From the NCBI GenBank assembly GCA_963782535.1, contig CAWAKE010000009.1, forward strand, positions 408,610 through 472,609: a stretch of DNA of 64,000 nt, in the 5' to 3' direction. Position 1 is the first letter of the stretch; every line of letters begins with the position of its first letter. The DNA comes from an uncultured delta proteobacterium (GTDB taxonomy: Bacteria; Desulfobacterota; Binatia; Binatales; Binataceae). This document shows positions 34,021 through 44,109 of this stretch, one piece after another. The notes under the pieces were generated by a model that was not told the DNA's origin, did not search any database, and saw only the letters and a list, made by a program, of their open reading frames with translations. The position numbers and the translations under genes were made by a program.

Positions 34021-36462
34021 TCAGATCAGTACTTCTGCCTTGCGCAAGCGCTCCAGCTCTTCGTTAGTCAGTCCAAGCAGCGAAGTCAGCACGGCCTTCG
34101 TATCGGCGCCGAGCACGGGCGCTGGAGCCTTCACGCGGCATGGGGTCTCGGACATTTTCCATGGAATACCCGCATGGATGCGGCGGCCCACTTCCGGATG
34201 CTCGAGTTGGACCAGGTAATCGCGCGCCCGCAGATGCGGGTCGTCCGTCAAATCCTTGTTGCTCATCGAGGGGAACGCCGCGACTCCGGCGGCCTGCAGA
34301 AGTTGCGTCATTTCCCAGCGATCGCGCTCTTTGGTCCAACCGGTAATCACTTCGTCCAGCGATGCTTCGTTGCGCTTTCGCAAGGCCGCAGTCTTGAAGC
34401 GCGCATCGTCGGCGAGTTCCGCTTTGCCCATCGCATCGCAGAGCGCGCGCCACTCGCGCTCACTGCCAACCGCTATCGATATCCATTTCTCGGAATCCCC
34501 CGCCGCCTTATAGCACTCATGGGGCGACATCATGCTGTCGTGATTTCCCCTTCGCGCGGGCTCGCGTCCTGTCATCGCGTACTCCAGCAACCCTTCCGGC
34601 ATTTCCACCAAAACCGTTTCCCACTGCGATTGGTCGATATACTGGCCTTCCCCGGTAAGCGCCCGATGAGTCAGCGCGGCCATTACCGCGAGTGCGCCGA
34701 ACACGCCCGCGTTTGGGTCGGGATAGGATACGCCGATTTCGCAAGGTTCGCCGCCTGGATACCCAGTCGCGAAAAAAAGTCCCGACAGCGCCGCCGCAGG
34801 CGGACCGTATCCTATGAAGCCGCGAAATGGTCCCGTTTGTCCAAATGCCGACATCGAGATCATGATCAGATCGGGTTTGATCGCGCGGAGCTTTTCATAT
34901 CCCAGGCCTAGACGATCCATCACTCCGGCCGCGAAGTTTTCTGTTACGACGTCGGCTTGCTTGACCAGCTCGCACGCGATCTCGATCGCCTCCGGCTTCG
35001 ACAGATCTAGCGCGAGACTGCGCTTGCCCTGATTGTACTGATTGAAATAGCCGGCACGGTTGATCCCCGGCTGTTTGTCCGGGAATGGTCCGACCAGGCG
35101 CGACGGGCAAACCCGCTTGGATGTCTCTACGCGAATTACCTCGGCGCCCAAATGGGCCAGTTGCAGTGTGCAGTAGGGCCCCGCCCAGACCCAGGTGAAG
35201 TCGAGTACTCGCACGCCGGACAAGGGCAACGCGCCCTCACCGGGATTAACCACGCGGGCCCCGCCTGCGCGATTTTCCGCTTCTTCGCCGGGCCATGGCG
35301 TACCGCCCATTACTACTTCATTATGTTCTCCGAGACGCGGCGCCGGCCGGCGCAATGCCCACGAAATTTTTCCGTACTTCGACGGCATTCCCGGTACCAT
35401 CAGCGTGCCGACGCCCGGTTGTTCGAGCGGCACAAAGAATTTTCGTTCGCGCAGATGCTCGCTCTTGTAGAGCTGTTCCATTGTATTGATTGTCGCAAAC
35501 GGGATTCGCCGCTGCTGCGCTTCTTTATAAAGATCCAACACTTTCCATTGGCCGAACCAATCCGTCATCAGGGCCTTGAGCGCGTCGTTGTTCTGTCCGC
35601 GAGCGAAGCGATCCTTGAATAGGTCGTCTCGCGCCCACTCCGGATTACCCATAAACTCGACCAGCCGCTGCCACTGGTCCTCTTCAACCGTGAAGACGAA
35701 AATCTTTCCGTCCGCGCAGTCGGCGATAAACCACGGACCAATAATGCGCTGGCCGAGACGCGATGCCTGCTGCCCGGCGTATGTGTAATGGACGAAATTC
35801 TGTTCCAGCATCGCCGCGACACATTCTTGCTCGGATACGTCCACGGCTTGCCCGTTGCCCGACTTCAGCCGCTGCAGATACGCCGCAAGTGTTACCATCG
35901 CGGCATGCGCCCCGCCCTGAAAATCCAGTTGATGGCCGAAGCATTTTAGCGGCGGCAGTTCCGGATACGGAGACGCGCCGGGACTCAAAAATGCCCACCC
36001 GGAGGCGTGCGCCGCGTTGAGTTCATAACCTCGGTAGTCGGCGTGCGGTCCATAATCGCCGAACATCGAGATCGACGTCACGATTAGTTTCGGATGCGCG
36101 GCGCACAGCGCGGCACTGTCGAGTCCGCGGGCTGCACGCTCGAACGGCGCGACGTTATGGATTAGCACATCGGCGTGTTCGATCAGGTTGCGCAGCATTT
36201 CCCGCCCCTCGGCGCGCTCCAGATCGGCTGTGACTCCGCGTTTGTTCGCATTCAGATAGATGAATAACCCGCTCTTTTCCTGGTCGGGTTTATCGTTCGG
36301 ATAGGGTCCGCGACGCCGCGTCAGATCGCCCTCCGGCGATTCGATTTTGATTACCTCTGCACCGAGGTCGGCGAGCAGTTTTGCCCCAAATGCGGCTGAA
36401 ACGCCTTCGCCGCATTCGACTATCCTGAGCCCGCTGAACGATGATCGCGTCTGATTATCCAC
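34021..36462 (-). CDS. Family III (CaiB/BaiF) CoA-transferase with two fused domains
   Basis: Two copies of the fold: GLRIVE...LADLGAEVIKIE...NANKRG and GVRVLDF...LAHLGAEVIRVE...NQGKRS; ends APVLGADT. Confidence 0.92.
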   Translation of the reverse strand: MDNQTRSSFSGLRIVECGEGVSAAFGAKLLADLGAEVIKIESPEGDLTRRRGPYPNDKPDQEKSGLFIYLNANKRGVTADLERAEGREMLRNLIEHADVLIHNVAPFERAARGLDSAALCAAHPKLIVTSISMFGDYGPHADYRGYELNAAHASGWAFLSPGASPYPELPPLKCFGHQLDFQGGAHAAMVTLAAYLQRLKSGNGQAVDVSEQECVAAMLEQNFVHYTYAGQQASRLGQRIIGPWFIADCADGKIFVFTVEEDQWQRLVEFMGNPEWARDDLFKDRFARGQNNDALKALMTDWFGQWKVLDLYKEAQQRRIPFATINTMEQLYKSEHLRERKFFVPLEQPGVGTLMVPGMPSKYGKISWALRRPAPRLGEHNEVVMGGTPWPGEEAENRAGGARVVNPGEGALPLSGVRVLDFTWVWAGPYCTLQLAHLGAEVIRVETSKRVCPSRLVGPFPDKQPGINRAGYFNQYNQGKRSLALDLSKPEAIEIACELVKQADVVTENFAAGVMDRLGLGYEKLRAIKPDLIMISMSAFGQTGPFRGFIGYGPPAAALSGLFFATGYPGGEPCEIGVSYPDPNAGVFGALAVMAALTHRALTGEGQYIDQSQWETVLVEMPEGLLEYAMTGREPARRGNHDSMMSPHECYKAAGDSEKWISIAVGSEREWRALCDAMGKAELADDARFKTAALRKRNEASLDEVITGWTKERDRWEMTQLLQAAGVAAFPSMSNKDLTDDPHLRARDYLVQLEHPEVGRRIHAGIPWKMSETPCRVKAPAPVLGADTKAVLTSLLGLTNEELERLRKAEVLI

Positions 36463-36681
36463 AGTTTTCTCGGCTCCCTCTTAGCTCCATTCGCACGGCA
36501 CCTTCGCCGCGTTCTTCCTCCTAACTCTTTCGCGGCACGGATTGCAAAAGCGTGAATCAAAGGCGCTCCATCAAAATCTATGACCATTCCGCGCCGCCGG
36601 TGCCATCGTCCGCGCTTTGCATTTTGGAGCGTTTCGAACCTAAAGTGGGGAAATTCTGCGGGGCTGACAAAGGAGACGCAA

Positions 36682-37809
36682 ATGAAAGTTGGAATGACGC
36701 TCCAATTGACCAGTTTCGGCGACAAACCGGATTTCGAGACCTATCAGGACGAATTGTCCCTGATGGAGATGTCCGAGGCGTTCGGCTTCGACTCGGTCTG
36801 GGCCCTCGATCATCACTTTACCGGCTATGTGATGTCGCCCGATCCGACTCAACTACTGTCCTACGTTGCGGGCCGCACCAAGCGCGTGCAGTTAGGCACC
36901 TCCGTCATCGTTTTGCCCTGGCACGACCCGGTTGAAATCGCCGAAAAAATCGCACTGCTCGATGTCGTCTCGGGCGGCAGGACGATCTTCGGCTTCGGGC
37001 GCGGCGCCGCGACGGTCGAGTACAACGGCTTCCGTATCAACATGGAAGAGGCGCGCGACCGCTTCGTCGAAAGCGCGATTATCATCCGCAAGGGCCTCAC
37101 TCAGCCGAGCTTTTCGTTCGATGGAAAGTACTACAAGATTCCTGAGATTCAGATCCGGCCGCGGCCGATTTCCCATCCGGAAACCCGTTTCTACGCGTCG
37201 AGCGTCAGTCCCGAATCCGCCGAGATCATGGCGAAGCTCGGCCTCGGCGTGTTGATTATCGCGCAGCGAAGCTGGGAAGACACGGCTGCCGATTACGCGC
37301 GCTATTGCCAGACCGCGCTCGCCAACAACCTTACGCCGCGTCCCCCGATCGGCCTGCTCAACATACTCGTTTCCGATGACGCCGGTGAGGCCGCCGAGTT
37401 GGGCAATCGTCATCTGGAAGCGATGTGGGACTCGATTGACACTCACTATCACTTCTCCGACGGCCATCTGCGGGGCGTCAAAGGCTACGAGTTCTACGCC
37501 AAGCTCGAAAAGACCTATACCAAGTTGCAGGCCGACGCTGACGCTAAATCCAAGGCGATTGACTTCTTCCGCAGCCTGCACGCCGCGGGAACGCCTGAGC
37601 AGGTGCTCGAAAAATTACGCTACATCCATCAGACGGTGCCGCTCGAACACGTCATCGGAACGTTCGCGTTCGGCGGTTTGCCGTTTTCCAAGCTCGATCG
37701 CAGCTTCAAGCTCTTCGCCGAGAAGGTGCTGCCGGTGCTGAAGAACGATCCGGCCTTCGCCTATCCGGAAGATCGGCTCGGGCAGGCGCACACCGGGGCG
37801 AGCAAGTAG
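36682..37809 (+). CDS. LLM-class flavin-dependent oxidoreductase
   Basis: GFDSVWALDHHF, LGTSVIVLPWHDP, LDVVSGGR..FGFGRG. Start placed at ATG 36682 after AAGGAG. Confidence 0.92.
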   Translation: MKVGMTLQLTSFGDKPDFETYQDELSLMEMSEAFGFDSVWALDHHFTGYVMSPDPTQLLSYVAGRTKRVQLGTSVIVLPWHDPVEIAEKIALLDVVSGGRTIFGFGRGAATVEYNGFRINMEEARDRFVESAIIIRKGLTQPSFSFDGKYYKIPEIQIRPRPISHPETRFYASSVSPESAEIMAKLGLGVLIIAQRSWEDTAADYARYCQTALANNLTPRPPIGLLNILVSDDAGEAAELGNRHLEAMWDSIDTHYHFSDGHLRGVKGYEFYAKLEKTYTKLQADADAKSKAIDFFRSLHAAGTPEQVLEKLRYIHQTVPLEHVIGTFAFGGLPFSKLDRSFKLFAEKVLPVLKNDPAFAYPEDRLGQAHTGASK

Positions 37810-37836
37810 CGGATAACATTATCCGTGCGTCGTCAG

Positions 37837-37868
37837 ATTTCGGCCCGGCCCGTATGCCGGGCCGAAAT
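37837..37868 (+). terminator. Stem-loop downstream of the LLM gene
   Basis: ATTTCGGCCCGGC-CCGTAT-GCCGGGCCGAAAT, a perfect 13-bp stem. Confidence 0.55.
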
Positions 37869-38058
37869 CGTTTCCGAGCGAACTTCGCGCTCTTCCGCAT
37901 TCGGCGCCGGGTGACTATATCGCGGATATCCACCGGTGAGTCGCGACTCTATGTTGCTCATAGCGAATATCTCACTCCGGCCTGATGCGCCTCGACTGGT
38001 ATTATTCAATTCGCGCGCACCCGCTGACACCGATGCGAATTCAAAGGGAGTTTGATTT

Positions 38059-39093
38059 ATGCCGTCCGGACCCGATTTCTCTGGCGTGGCCAATGAAGCA
38101 TGGTTGGCGCAACATCGGGAAGTGATTATCGAGCCCGAGTTGCCAATCGTCGATCCCCACCATCATCTGTGGAGCCGCCCCGGCAACGTTTATCTCTTCC
38201 CCGAGTTACTGTCCGACGTTTCCAGCGGTCACAATATCCGCGCGACAGTCTTCGAGGAATGCGCATCGATGTACCGGGCCGACGGGCCTGAGGAACTCCG
38301 TTCCCTCGGTGAGACCGAGTTCGTTACCGGTATCGCTGCGATGAGCGCAAGTGGCGGCTTCGGACCGACTCGCGCGTGTGCCGCGATGGTCGGTAACGTC
38401 AATCTCCTCCTCGGCGCTCGCGTCGAGCCGATCATCGAGGCCCATCTCGCGGCCAGCGGCGGGCGCTTTCATGCAATCCGCTTTTCCACCGCGTGGGACG
38501 CCGATCAACGCGTCCACAAAACCGTGCCGCATCCGCGGATGCTCGCGGACACCCGCCTGCGTCAGGGGTTTCAATCTCTCGCCCGCTTCGGGCTCGCCTT
38601 CGATGCGTGGGTTTACCATCCGCAATTGAGCGAGGTTGCCGACCTCGCGACGGCATATCCCGGGACGCAAATCGTCCTGAATCATTTCGGTAGCCCGATC
38701 CTGGGCGGCCCCAACGCCGGCCGCAAGGAAGAGGTTTTCGCCGAATGGCGTGCCGCGATGACCGCTCTCGCAGCTCACGAAAATGTCAACGTGAAACTCG
38801 GCGCACTCCCGGTGCGGCGTTCCGGCACCGCTCGCGGGGCCGACGCCCCACCGCTCTCCTCCGAGGAGATCGCCGCGGCGTGGCGGCCCTTCGTTGAAGT
38901 TTGCATCGAGCAGTTCGGCGCTCTCCGCTGCATGTTCGAAAGCAATTTCCCGGTGCAAAAGCGCTGGTGCAGCTACGCAGTTTTCTGGAATGCGTGCAAA
39001 CGTCTCGCCGCCGGCGCCTCCGCTGCCGAGAAGTCCGCGCTCTTCAGCGGCACCGCGGCCCGAGTTTACCGCCTTCCCGCAGCGCTGGCCTGA
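38059..39093 (+). CDS. Amidohydrolase family protein (lactonase-like)
   Basis: IVDPHHHLW, FDAWVYHPQL, IVLNHFG, CMFESNFPV. Confidence 0.9.
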   Translation: MPSGPDFSGVANEAWLAQHREVIIEPELPIVDPHHHLWSRPGNVYLFPELLSDVSSGHNIRATVFEECASMYRADGPEELRSLGETEFVTGIAAMSASGGFGPTRACAAMVGNVNLLLGARVEPIIEAHLAASGGRFHAIRFSTAWDADQRVHKTVPHPRMLADTRLRQGFQSLARFGLAFDAWVYHPQLSEVADLATAYPGTQIVLNHFGSPILGGPNAGRKEEVFAEWRAAMTALAAHENVNVKLGALPVRRSGTARGADAPPLSSEEIAAAWRPFVEVCIEQFGALRCMFESNFPVQKRWCSYAVFWNACKRLAAGASAAEKSALFSGTAARVYRLPAALA

Positions 39094-39538
39094 ACCCAAC
39101 GCATTACTCCTCGCGGGCCGCCGCCCGGTCGCTGTGTAATGCCGAGTTTTGCAACGCCCATGGGCGTTCGTCGCAGTGATCGGGTGGGTACCCAGTCGTA
39201 TCGCCGGCGGCGCAGTCTGATTTGCCGGTGAACCAATCGCGCGTTTTTTCCACAGGTGCGAGAAGGTGCAGGAGTGCGAGAATGAACGTCGCGATGGAGT
39301 AATCCACAGATAAGCTCATTAGTAACCAAATGTCAGCAAAATTATGTGCATAACGATACGACGTTTGCGTTGCCAAATATTTAGATTCCTATTGCGCCTG
39401 TTTTCACGCCGTATCGATGGTTTGCGGGTGGCAAAATAACCTAACCATCAGGAATCCTGAGCCAGTAACCTCCGTGCATTCCCGCCCCGCACAGGACGAT
39501 GATCTACCACATTAATCACGTTTCAGAGTGAGGACCGC

Positions 39539-39988
39539 ATGAATTTGAACAAATGGATTGCAGCAGTGCTCGGGGCGGCGGGCTTGATGTTGGTAATTCC
39601 GCCGGCAAGCTTCGCCCAGTCGGGCTTGGCAACATGCTCCGACATGAGCCTCAGCAATACGCCTGACGTAATCCCGTCAGATGGTCTAATGCACACTATC
39701 GTGATTCAAGCGAGCGACAACGATGGCGAGGTACCGCCAGAAGAGTACAGGATTAAAGTGATTAAAATCACCAGCAGGCCAAGACATGGACGGCGCAAGC
39801 ACGCCGGTGTACGTAGCCAAGTTTCTGGAACGGACCCGGACCCTATCATGACTTCGGTTCAGGTGCTCGGTGCACAACCCGGCTCTCGCCAACGAATTTA
39901 TAATATCTGGATCAAGTGCTGGGATCAGGCTGCCCCGAAGGGTGCCATAACTCATCTGTTTGTCACTGTTCCGCCGACCGGTGGCTAA
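39539..39988 (+). CDS. Secreted hypothetical protein
   Basis: GAGGA RBS, Sec signal peptide ending ...ASFA, two Cys, beta-rich mature domain. Confidence 0.7.
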   Translation: MNLNKWIAAVLGAAGLMLVIPPASFAQSGLATCSDMSLSNTPDVIPSDGLMHTIVIQASDNDGEVPPEEYRIKVIKITSRPRHGRRKHAGVRSQVSGTDPDPIMTSVQVLGAQPGSRQRIYNIWIKCWDQAAPKGAITHLFVTVPPTGG

Positions 39989-40019
39989 CTCAACAGAACG
40001 GCGCCCAGCGCCTGCCTTA

Positions 40020-41306
40020 CTAGGCTTTCAGCGAGCGGGCCGCCGCCGGCCATCCCAGGTATGTCGGGGCGGTGCGGGTGCGGGCGAGCACGGCGACCGC
40101 CCGCAAACCGTCGGTAAAGTACGGATCGCCTGTAAGATTGCGCCGCGGCACGTCGGCGGGCGCGGCTTCGACCCCGGCAGCCAGACCGACACGGGCGACG
40201 CGCCTGGTCGCGAGCAGGTTATCCAGTACGTAGTTCCGTGCCTCGTCCACGTCCGGATCGATCTGATGAGTCGTCAGGTTCCAGGTTCGCGCGGTCAAGC
40301 GCACCCCGATGTCGCGGCTGACCTGGCCAATCCAGACCGGCTGACCGTCGAAGCGAACGCCAGTGCTCCACAGACGCAGGTGCAGGCGCTGGTTGACCCT
40401 CACGCGGGCACGCTGCAGCGCAAGGTCCTGCCGCCGTCCGCCGAGGTAGAGCGGGCTCACCGGAGCATAACGGTATTGCGATTCCAGCAGGAAGGCCTTG
40501 GCTGTTTTCCAGGCGGTGCGAAAGGTGATCGACTCGGTCTCGTCCCAGGTGCCGAGGCATTCCTGAATACTTGTGCGATCGCCCACAATTACCAGATTAA
40601 GCGGGTCGCCTTCCTTCGTATCTCGCGCGTTGCCGGTGGCGCGTCGTTGCCGTTGCAGCCACGCCTGCAGCGACGCCTCGTCTAGATCCTCGGCCTCCTC
40701 GGCGGCTTTCGCGGTTTCCGCCGGATGCGCGAGTACCAGTCCCGGCACCTCAACTGAGATTTGAAAGTCGATCGCATGGCTGCGCCCTGGCAACCGCACG
40801 TCAACCCGTTTGACACCTTCGTCCAATCGCGTGAACAGAAAACCGCCCGCCTTCGTCCCGGGTGCTATCACTCCTGTCGGGAAGCCCGCTACGCGGAAGA
40901 TTCTATCCATGCGCCGATTCGCCGCCCGCGCGCCCAGCAGCTTGAGCGGCAGTAGCGGCAACAGCGGAAGCACCAGCCATCCCAGCACCCCGAATGCCAC
41001 CAGCCGCTTGCCGATTGAATAATGAGCGATGCGCGCCGCCTCCAGCGGCGTGTAGTAGTCCGCATCCAGTCTCACCCGGTCCAGCCGCAATGGTTCGCTG
41101 CCGCCGTTGCTCACCTCCAGCCAGACCGCTTGCAAACCATGGCGCATCAACCGAATCCCGAACAGCCGTTCGCTCTCGCGATTGCTCGGTACCGCAACAG
41201 CGACCTCGACCTCGCCCTCCCGGCGCGTAATCACCCGCTCCAGAAATCCGCGTTCCTCAGGATGCGGTGAGTAGTCTATGCTCAACCAGCGAAATAGTTT
41301 GACCAC
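40020..41306 (-). CDS. LssY C-terminal domain-containing protein
   Basis: GDPLNLVIVG, YRYAPVSPLY..GRRQDLALQ, RLHLRLW, WIGQVSRDIG, THQIDPDVDEAR. Confidence 0.8.
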   Translation of the reverse strand: MVKLFRWLSIDYSPHPEERGFLERVITRREGEVEVAVAVPSNRESERLFGIRLMRHGLQAVWLEVSNGGSEPLRLDRVRLDADYYTPLEAARIAHYSIGKRLVAFGVLGWLVLPLLPLLPLKLLGARAANRRMDRIFRVAGFPTGVIAPGTKAGGFLFTRLDEGVKRVDVRLPGRSHAIDFQISVEVPGLVLAHPAETAKAAEEAEDLDEASLQAWLQRQRRATGNARDTKEGDPLNLVIVGDRTSIQECLGTWDETESITFRTAWKTAKAFLLESQYRYAPVSPLYLGGRRQDLALQRARVRVNQRLHLRLWSTGVRFDGQPVWIGQVSRDIGVRLTARTWNLTTHQIDPDVDEARNYVLDNLLATRRVARVGLAAGVEAAPADVPRRNLTGDPYFTDGLRAVAVLARTRTAPTYLGWPAAARSLKA

Positions 41307-41377
41307 GCCTCGCGACCTCCGCTTTTTCTTCGTACACAGTGCGCGCTATATCAGTGGCGGGCGCATTCGCGATACAG

Positions 41378-41410
41378 AGAGGGGGCGGAGATACTCACTC
41401 CGCCCCCTCT
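41378..41410 (-). terminator. Hairpin after the tad cassette
   Basis: AGAGGGGGCGGAG-ATACTCA-CTCCGCCCCCTCT, a 13-bp stem 50 bp past the last tadE stop. Confidence 0.6.
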
Positions 41411-41460
41411 GATAAAACCTGACCGTCGGCGTTTACCGCCGGTCTCGCGATTATGCTCGA

Positions 41461-41889
41461 CTACCGGCTGATTACCATCTGCGCCGAGCTCGACAATGGC
41501 AGCGTCATCTGCGACATCGGATAGAACGGATGAAAGTCGTAGGTCACCTGAACCTTTACTACGCTTCCCGGCTTATTATCCGGCGTCCAACTGGTCGAGA
41601 CGGTAAGACCGCTGGAGTTCAGGCCGTATGCTTCGTTGCGCACGTATTGTTGGATATCTGCCGAAGTAGCCGGCGACAAGCTCGCGTTGCCATGAACGAT
41701 TGCGTAGCGCACCGCGTCACGCGCCGAGTTGGATACGAAACTGTAGCTGTACACCGCCATTCCGAACGCGATGATACCGAACGTGATCATCAACATCGGC
41801 AGCGCGACGATTGCGAACTCGGTGAACGTTGCCCCCCGCAACCATCTTTGTCGGCTGTGCTCGGGACGCTTGATCCTTCGCGACCTCAT
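41461..41889 (-). CDS. tadE: TadE/TadG-like pseudopilin
   Basis: Prepilin cleavage motif RG|ATFTEFA, hydrophobic helix, SARDAVRYA. Confidence 0.85.
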   Translation of the reverse strand: MRSRRIKRPEHSRQRWLRGATFTEFAIVALPMLMITFGIIAFGMAVYSYSFVSNSARDAVRYAIVHGNASLSPATSADIQQYVRNEAYGLNSSGLTVSTSWTPDNKPGSVVKVQVTYDFHPFYPMSQMTLPLSSSAQMVISR

Positions 41890-42318
41890 CTATTGAACCT
41901 CCATGATCGCCGTCGACTGAAGTGGTATAGAAGACGGAATGCCTGGATACCGCAGGAATGTGCTGAAGGTCGCCCTGGCCGTGATCTGGACGAAAAGTTG
42001 AGGCGCCGAACATTGCTGCGGACTGCAAGCGACCTTCGATCCGTTACACATGCAGAAGTCCGTCGCAGTAGCGCTCATACCGCTTACCGTACTGCCGTCG
42101 TTGAGCGCCGCCTGCTGTATCTTTGGATAGTCGATCGCAGTGACATAGCTTTGAGCCCCATATTGAACCCCGGCTCGTGCCGCATGCGCAACCGTGACCG
42201 AGGCATAGAACACGCGCGCAAAATCTGCCACCACGACCAGCAACAATATGATCGCCGGGAGCGCCAGTGCCATCTCGAGCGTGCTCTGCCCTCTCGTCTT
42301 TCTCTTTCGCGATAGCAT
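41890..42318 (-). CDS. tadE: TadE-like pseudopilin
   Basis: RG|QSTLEMALALP, hydrophobic helix, AARAGVQYG. Confidence 0.88.
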   Translation of the reverse strand: MLSRKRKTRGQSTLEMALALPAIILLLVVVADFARVFYASVTVAHAARAGVQYGAQSYVTAIDYPKIQQAALNDGSTVSGMSATATDFCMCNGSKVACSPQQCSAPQLFVQITARATFSTFLRYPGIPSSIPLQSTAIMEVQ

Positions 42319-42330
42319 CCGCCCCTCCTC

Positions 42331-43620
42331 CTATTGCGCTAGCGCCGCATTCTTGATCAGCGACCCGTTAGACAAACAACTATAGTTGTTATTGACGTTC
42401 GTCGTGCCGCTGATAGTCAGTGTGTCGGAAACCAACAGCGTGTACTGATTTGCGCCCGAGGTCCCGTTATACGTAAGGTGGGTTGTCGGAAAGTACAACG
42501 CACCGGTGAACGACGAGTTCGAGCCGCCGTTGATTATGCTGTCCACTCCATTGGTCATCGCTCGATCCTGGAAAAACAGCATCCCCTCGATGCTTCCGCT
42601 CGAGGAGCTGCACGGCGCGCTCAAGTTTACGGTTGCGTTTCCGTTGACCGTCACGCCGCCATAGGCGTTCGGGCTGCCATTCGAGGTATTTCGGCCGGTC
42701 AGAAAGAAGGTGACGCTGGAACCATTCACTGTGCCGCCGTTTAAAGCGAGTCCACCGCCGTTGATGTAGTACAAGCCGGGATTGAACGTGACGGCGCCGC
42801 CGGTTACTTTTATCCCACCGCAATACAGCCCGGGATTCAGCGTTGTATTCGTGCTGATATTTAGCATGTGGTAGCTGTTGCAGGTCTGGATCGCCGGCTC
42901 GGGTTCCCATGCCAGCGGATCGCCGAATGCCGCGATCCCGGTCGAAGGCGGCGTGCTGCCGCCGCCATTGATATTGGTGCCGCCCACCACGCCAACCAGT
43001 GGCGCTTGGATTGTCCCGCCACCGCTGACCGTCAGCGCCGAACCACTCGTAGAGTTGTCGTATAGACCACAAGCGGAATTGAGGTTGCCGGTTCCGCCCA
43101 CCGTTACCGCCCCGGAATCGTCAGGATTCAGAGCATATATGCACGAGCCTCCCGAAACCGTCAGCCCAACCGCATTGGTCGTCACCGGGACCGTCGATTT
43201 GCCCAGTACCCGCATGAAAAACGTCGGCTGCACCTGCGATACCGTTACTTGAACCGCGTTCACATTCGTCGCGTAAGGCCCCGATACCGGTGGGTTGTAA
43301 ACTGCTACCGTCACCTGCTGTGAGCTATGCGTGTTGGATGCGCCACTGGTGAATCCGTTCTGCGCCGCCGCCGCTCGCGCCGCCGCCGCTATCGTGGCGC
43401 TGTCCGCGTTCTGGGCGACCTCGTCCGCTCCCGCCATCGCCGCCGCATCCGCCGCGTTTTGCATCAGCCGCCTGGTTGTCCACAGATTGCCGATATCGAC
43501 CGCCAACGCCGAAAACCCGAATAGCAGCGTCAGTGCAAGCGATACCAACACGAACACCTGGCCCCGTGACTTTGATGCAACTCTCTGTTTCATACCTGCA
43601 ACGTTGATGCGCCGATTCAT
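42331..43620 (-). CDS. tadG: TadG-like pilus assembly protein with Gly/Asn/Thr-rich C-terminal domain
   Basis: RG|QVFVLVSL, ALAVDIG, MQNAADAAAMAGA, then repeated PGLY/GG beta-rich segments. Confidence 0.82.
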   Translation of the reverse strand: MNRRINVAGMKQRVASKSRGQVFVLVSLALTLLFGFSALAVDIGNLWTTRRLMQNAADAAAMAGADEVAQNADSATIAAAARAAAAQNGFTSGASNTHSSQQVTVAVYNPPVSGPYATNVNAVQVTVSQVQPTFFMRVLGKSTVPVTTNAVGLTVSGGSCIYALNPDDSGAVTVGGTGNLNSACGLYDNSTSGSALTVSGGGTIQAPLVGVVGGTNINGGGSTPPSTGIAAFGDPLAWEPEPAIQTCNSYHMLNISTNTTLNPGLYCGGIKVTGGAVTFNPGLYYINGGGLALNGGTVNGSSVTFFLTGRNTSNGSPNAYGGVTVNGNATVNLSAPCSSSSGSIEGMLFFQDRAMTNGVDSIINGGSNSSFTGALYFPTTHLTYNGTSGANQYTLLVSDTLTISGTTNVNNNYSCLSNGSLIKNAALAQ

Positions 43621-44109
43621 CGTCTGCCCTCCGCCGATCGAAGCTATACAACAGGAAAACTTCTCATAGGCGATTTAACAGTGTCGCCAGAATTCCCCGC
43701 ATAGTCATTGAGCAATATCCAAGCCGATGCCGCCGAGGCCTTACCCCATGCGCCCTCATCGAATCCTCTGCCGATCCGATTCGGTCTCGCCCCTCGTGTG
43801 CGCCGCCTGTCTCATTTATGTCCAGGCACCTGCGGCAAGGCCGTCTGCATCGATCGCGCCCGGCTGCCCGTCTTATGCGATTCCCACGAGCTTTCCGGTG
43901 GACTTTGTAATTTGGAAAAACTGCCGCCATATTCCCGACGTAAAAATTTGCGCGAACCGATTCCTTATTCTGTGATTTAATATGCTTTGTCGGCGCGTTT
44001 GGTGGGGTATTTGCTAGTTGTCGTCTTTGATTGGCGTCGCAGAGGCCTTGCGCGCGCAGGCGTAATAGTTGCAGCCTGCCTTGGGTGCTACGTATGCAAA
44101 GGGGAGATC

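Noticed and set aside
39094-39538. Possible riboswitch upstream of the secreted protein gene
   Set aside because: I could not match c-di-GMP or other riboswitch consensus motifs; only a short GTGCGAGAA repeat is present.
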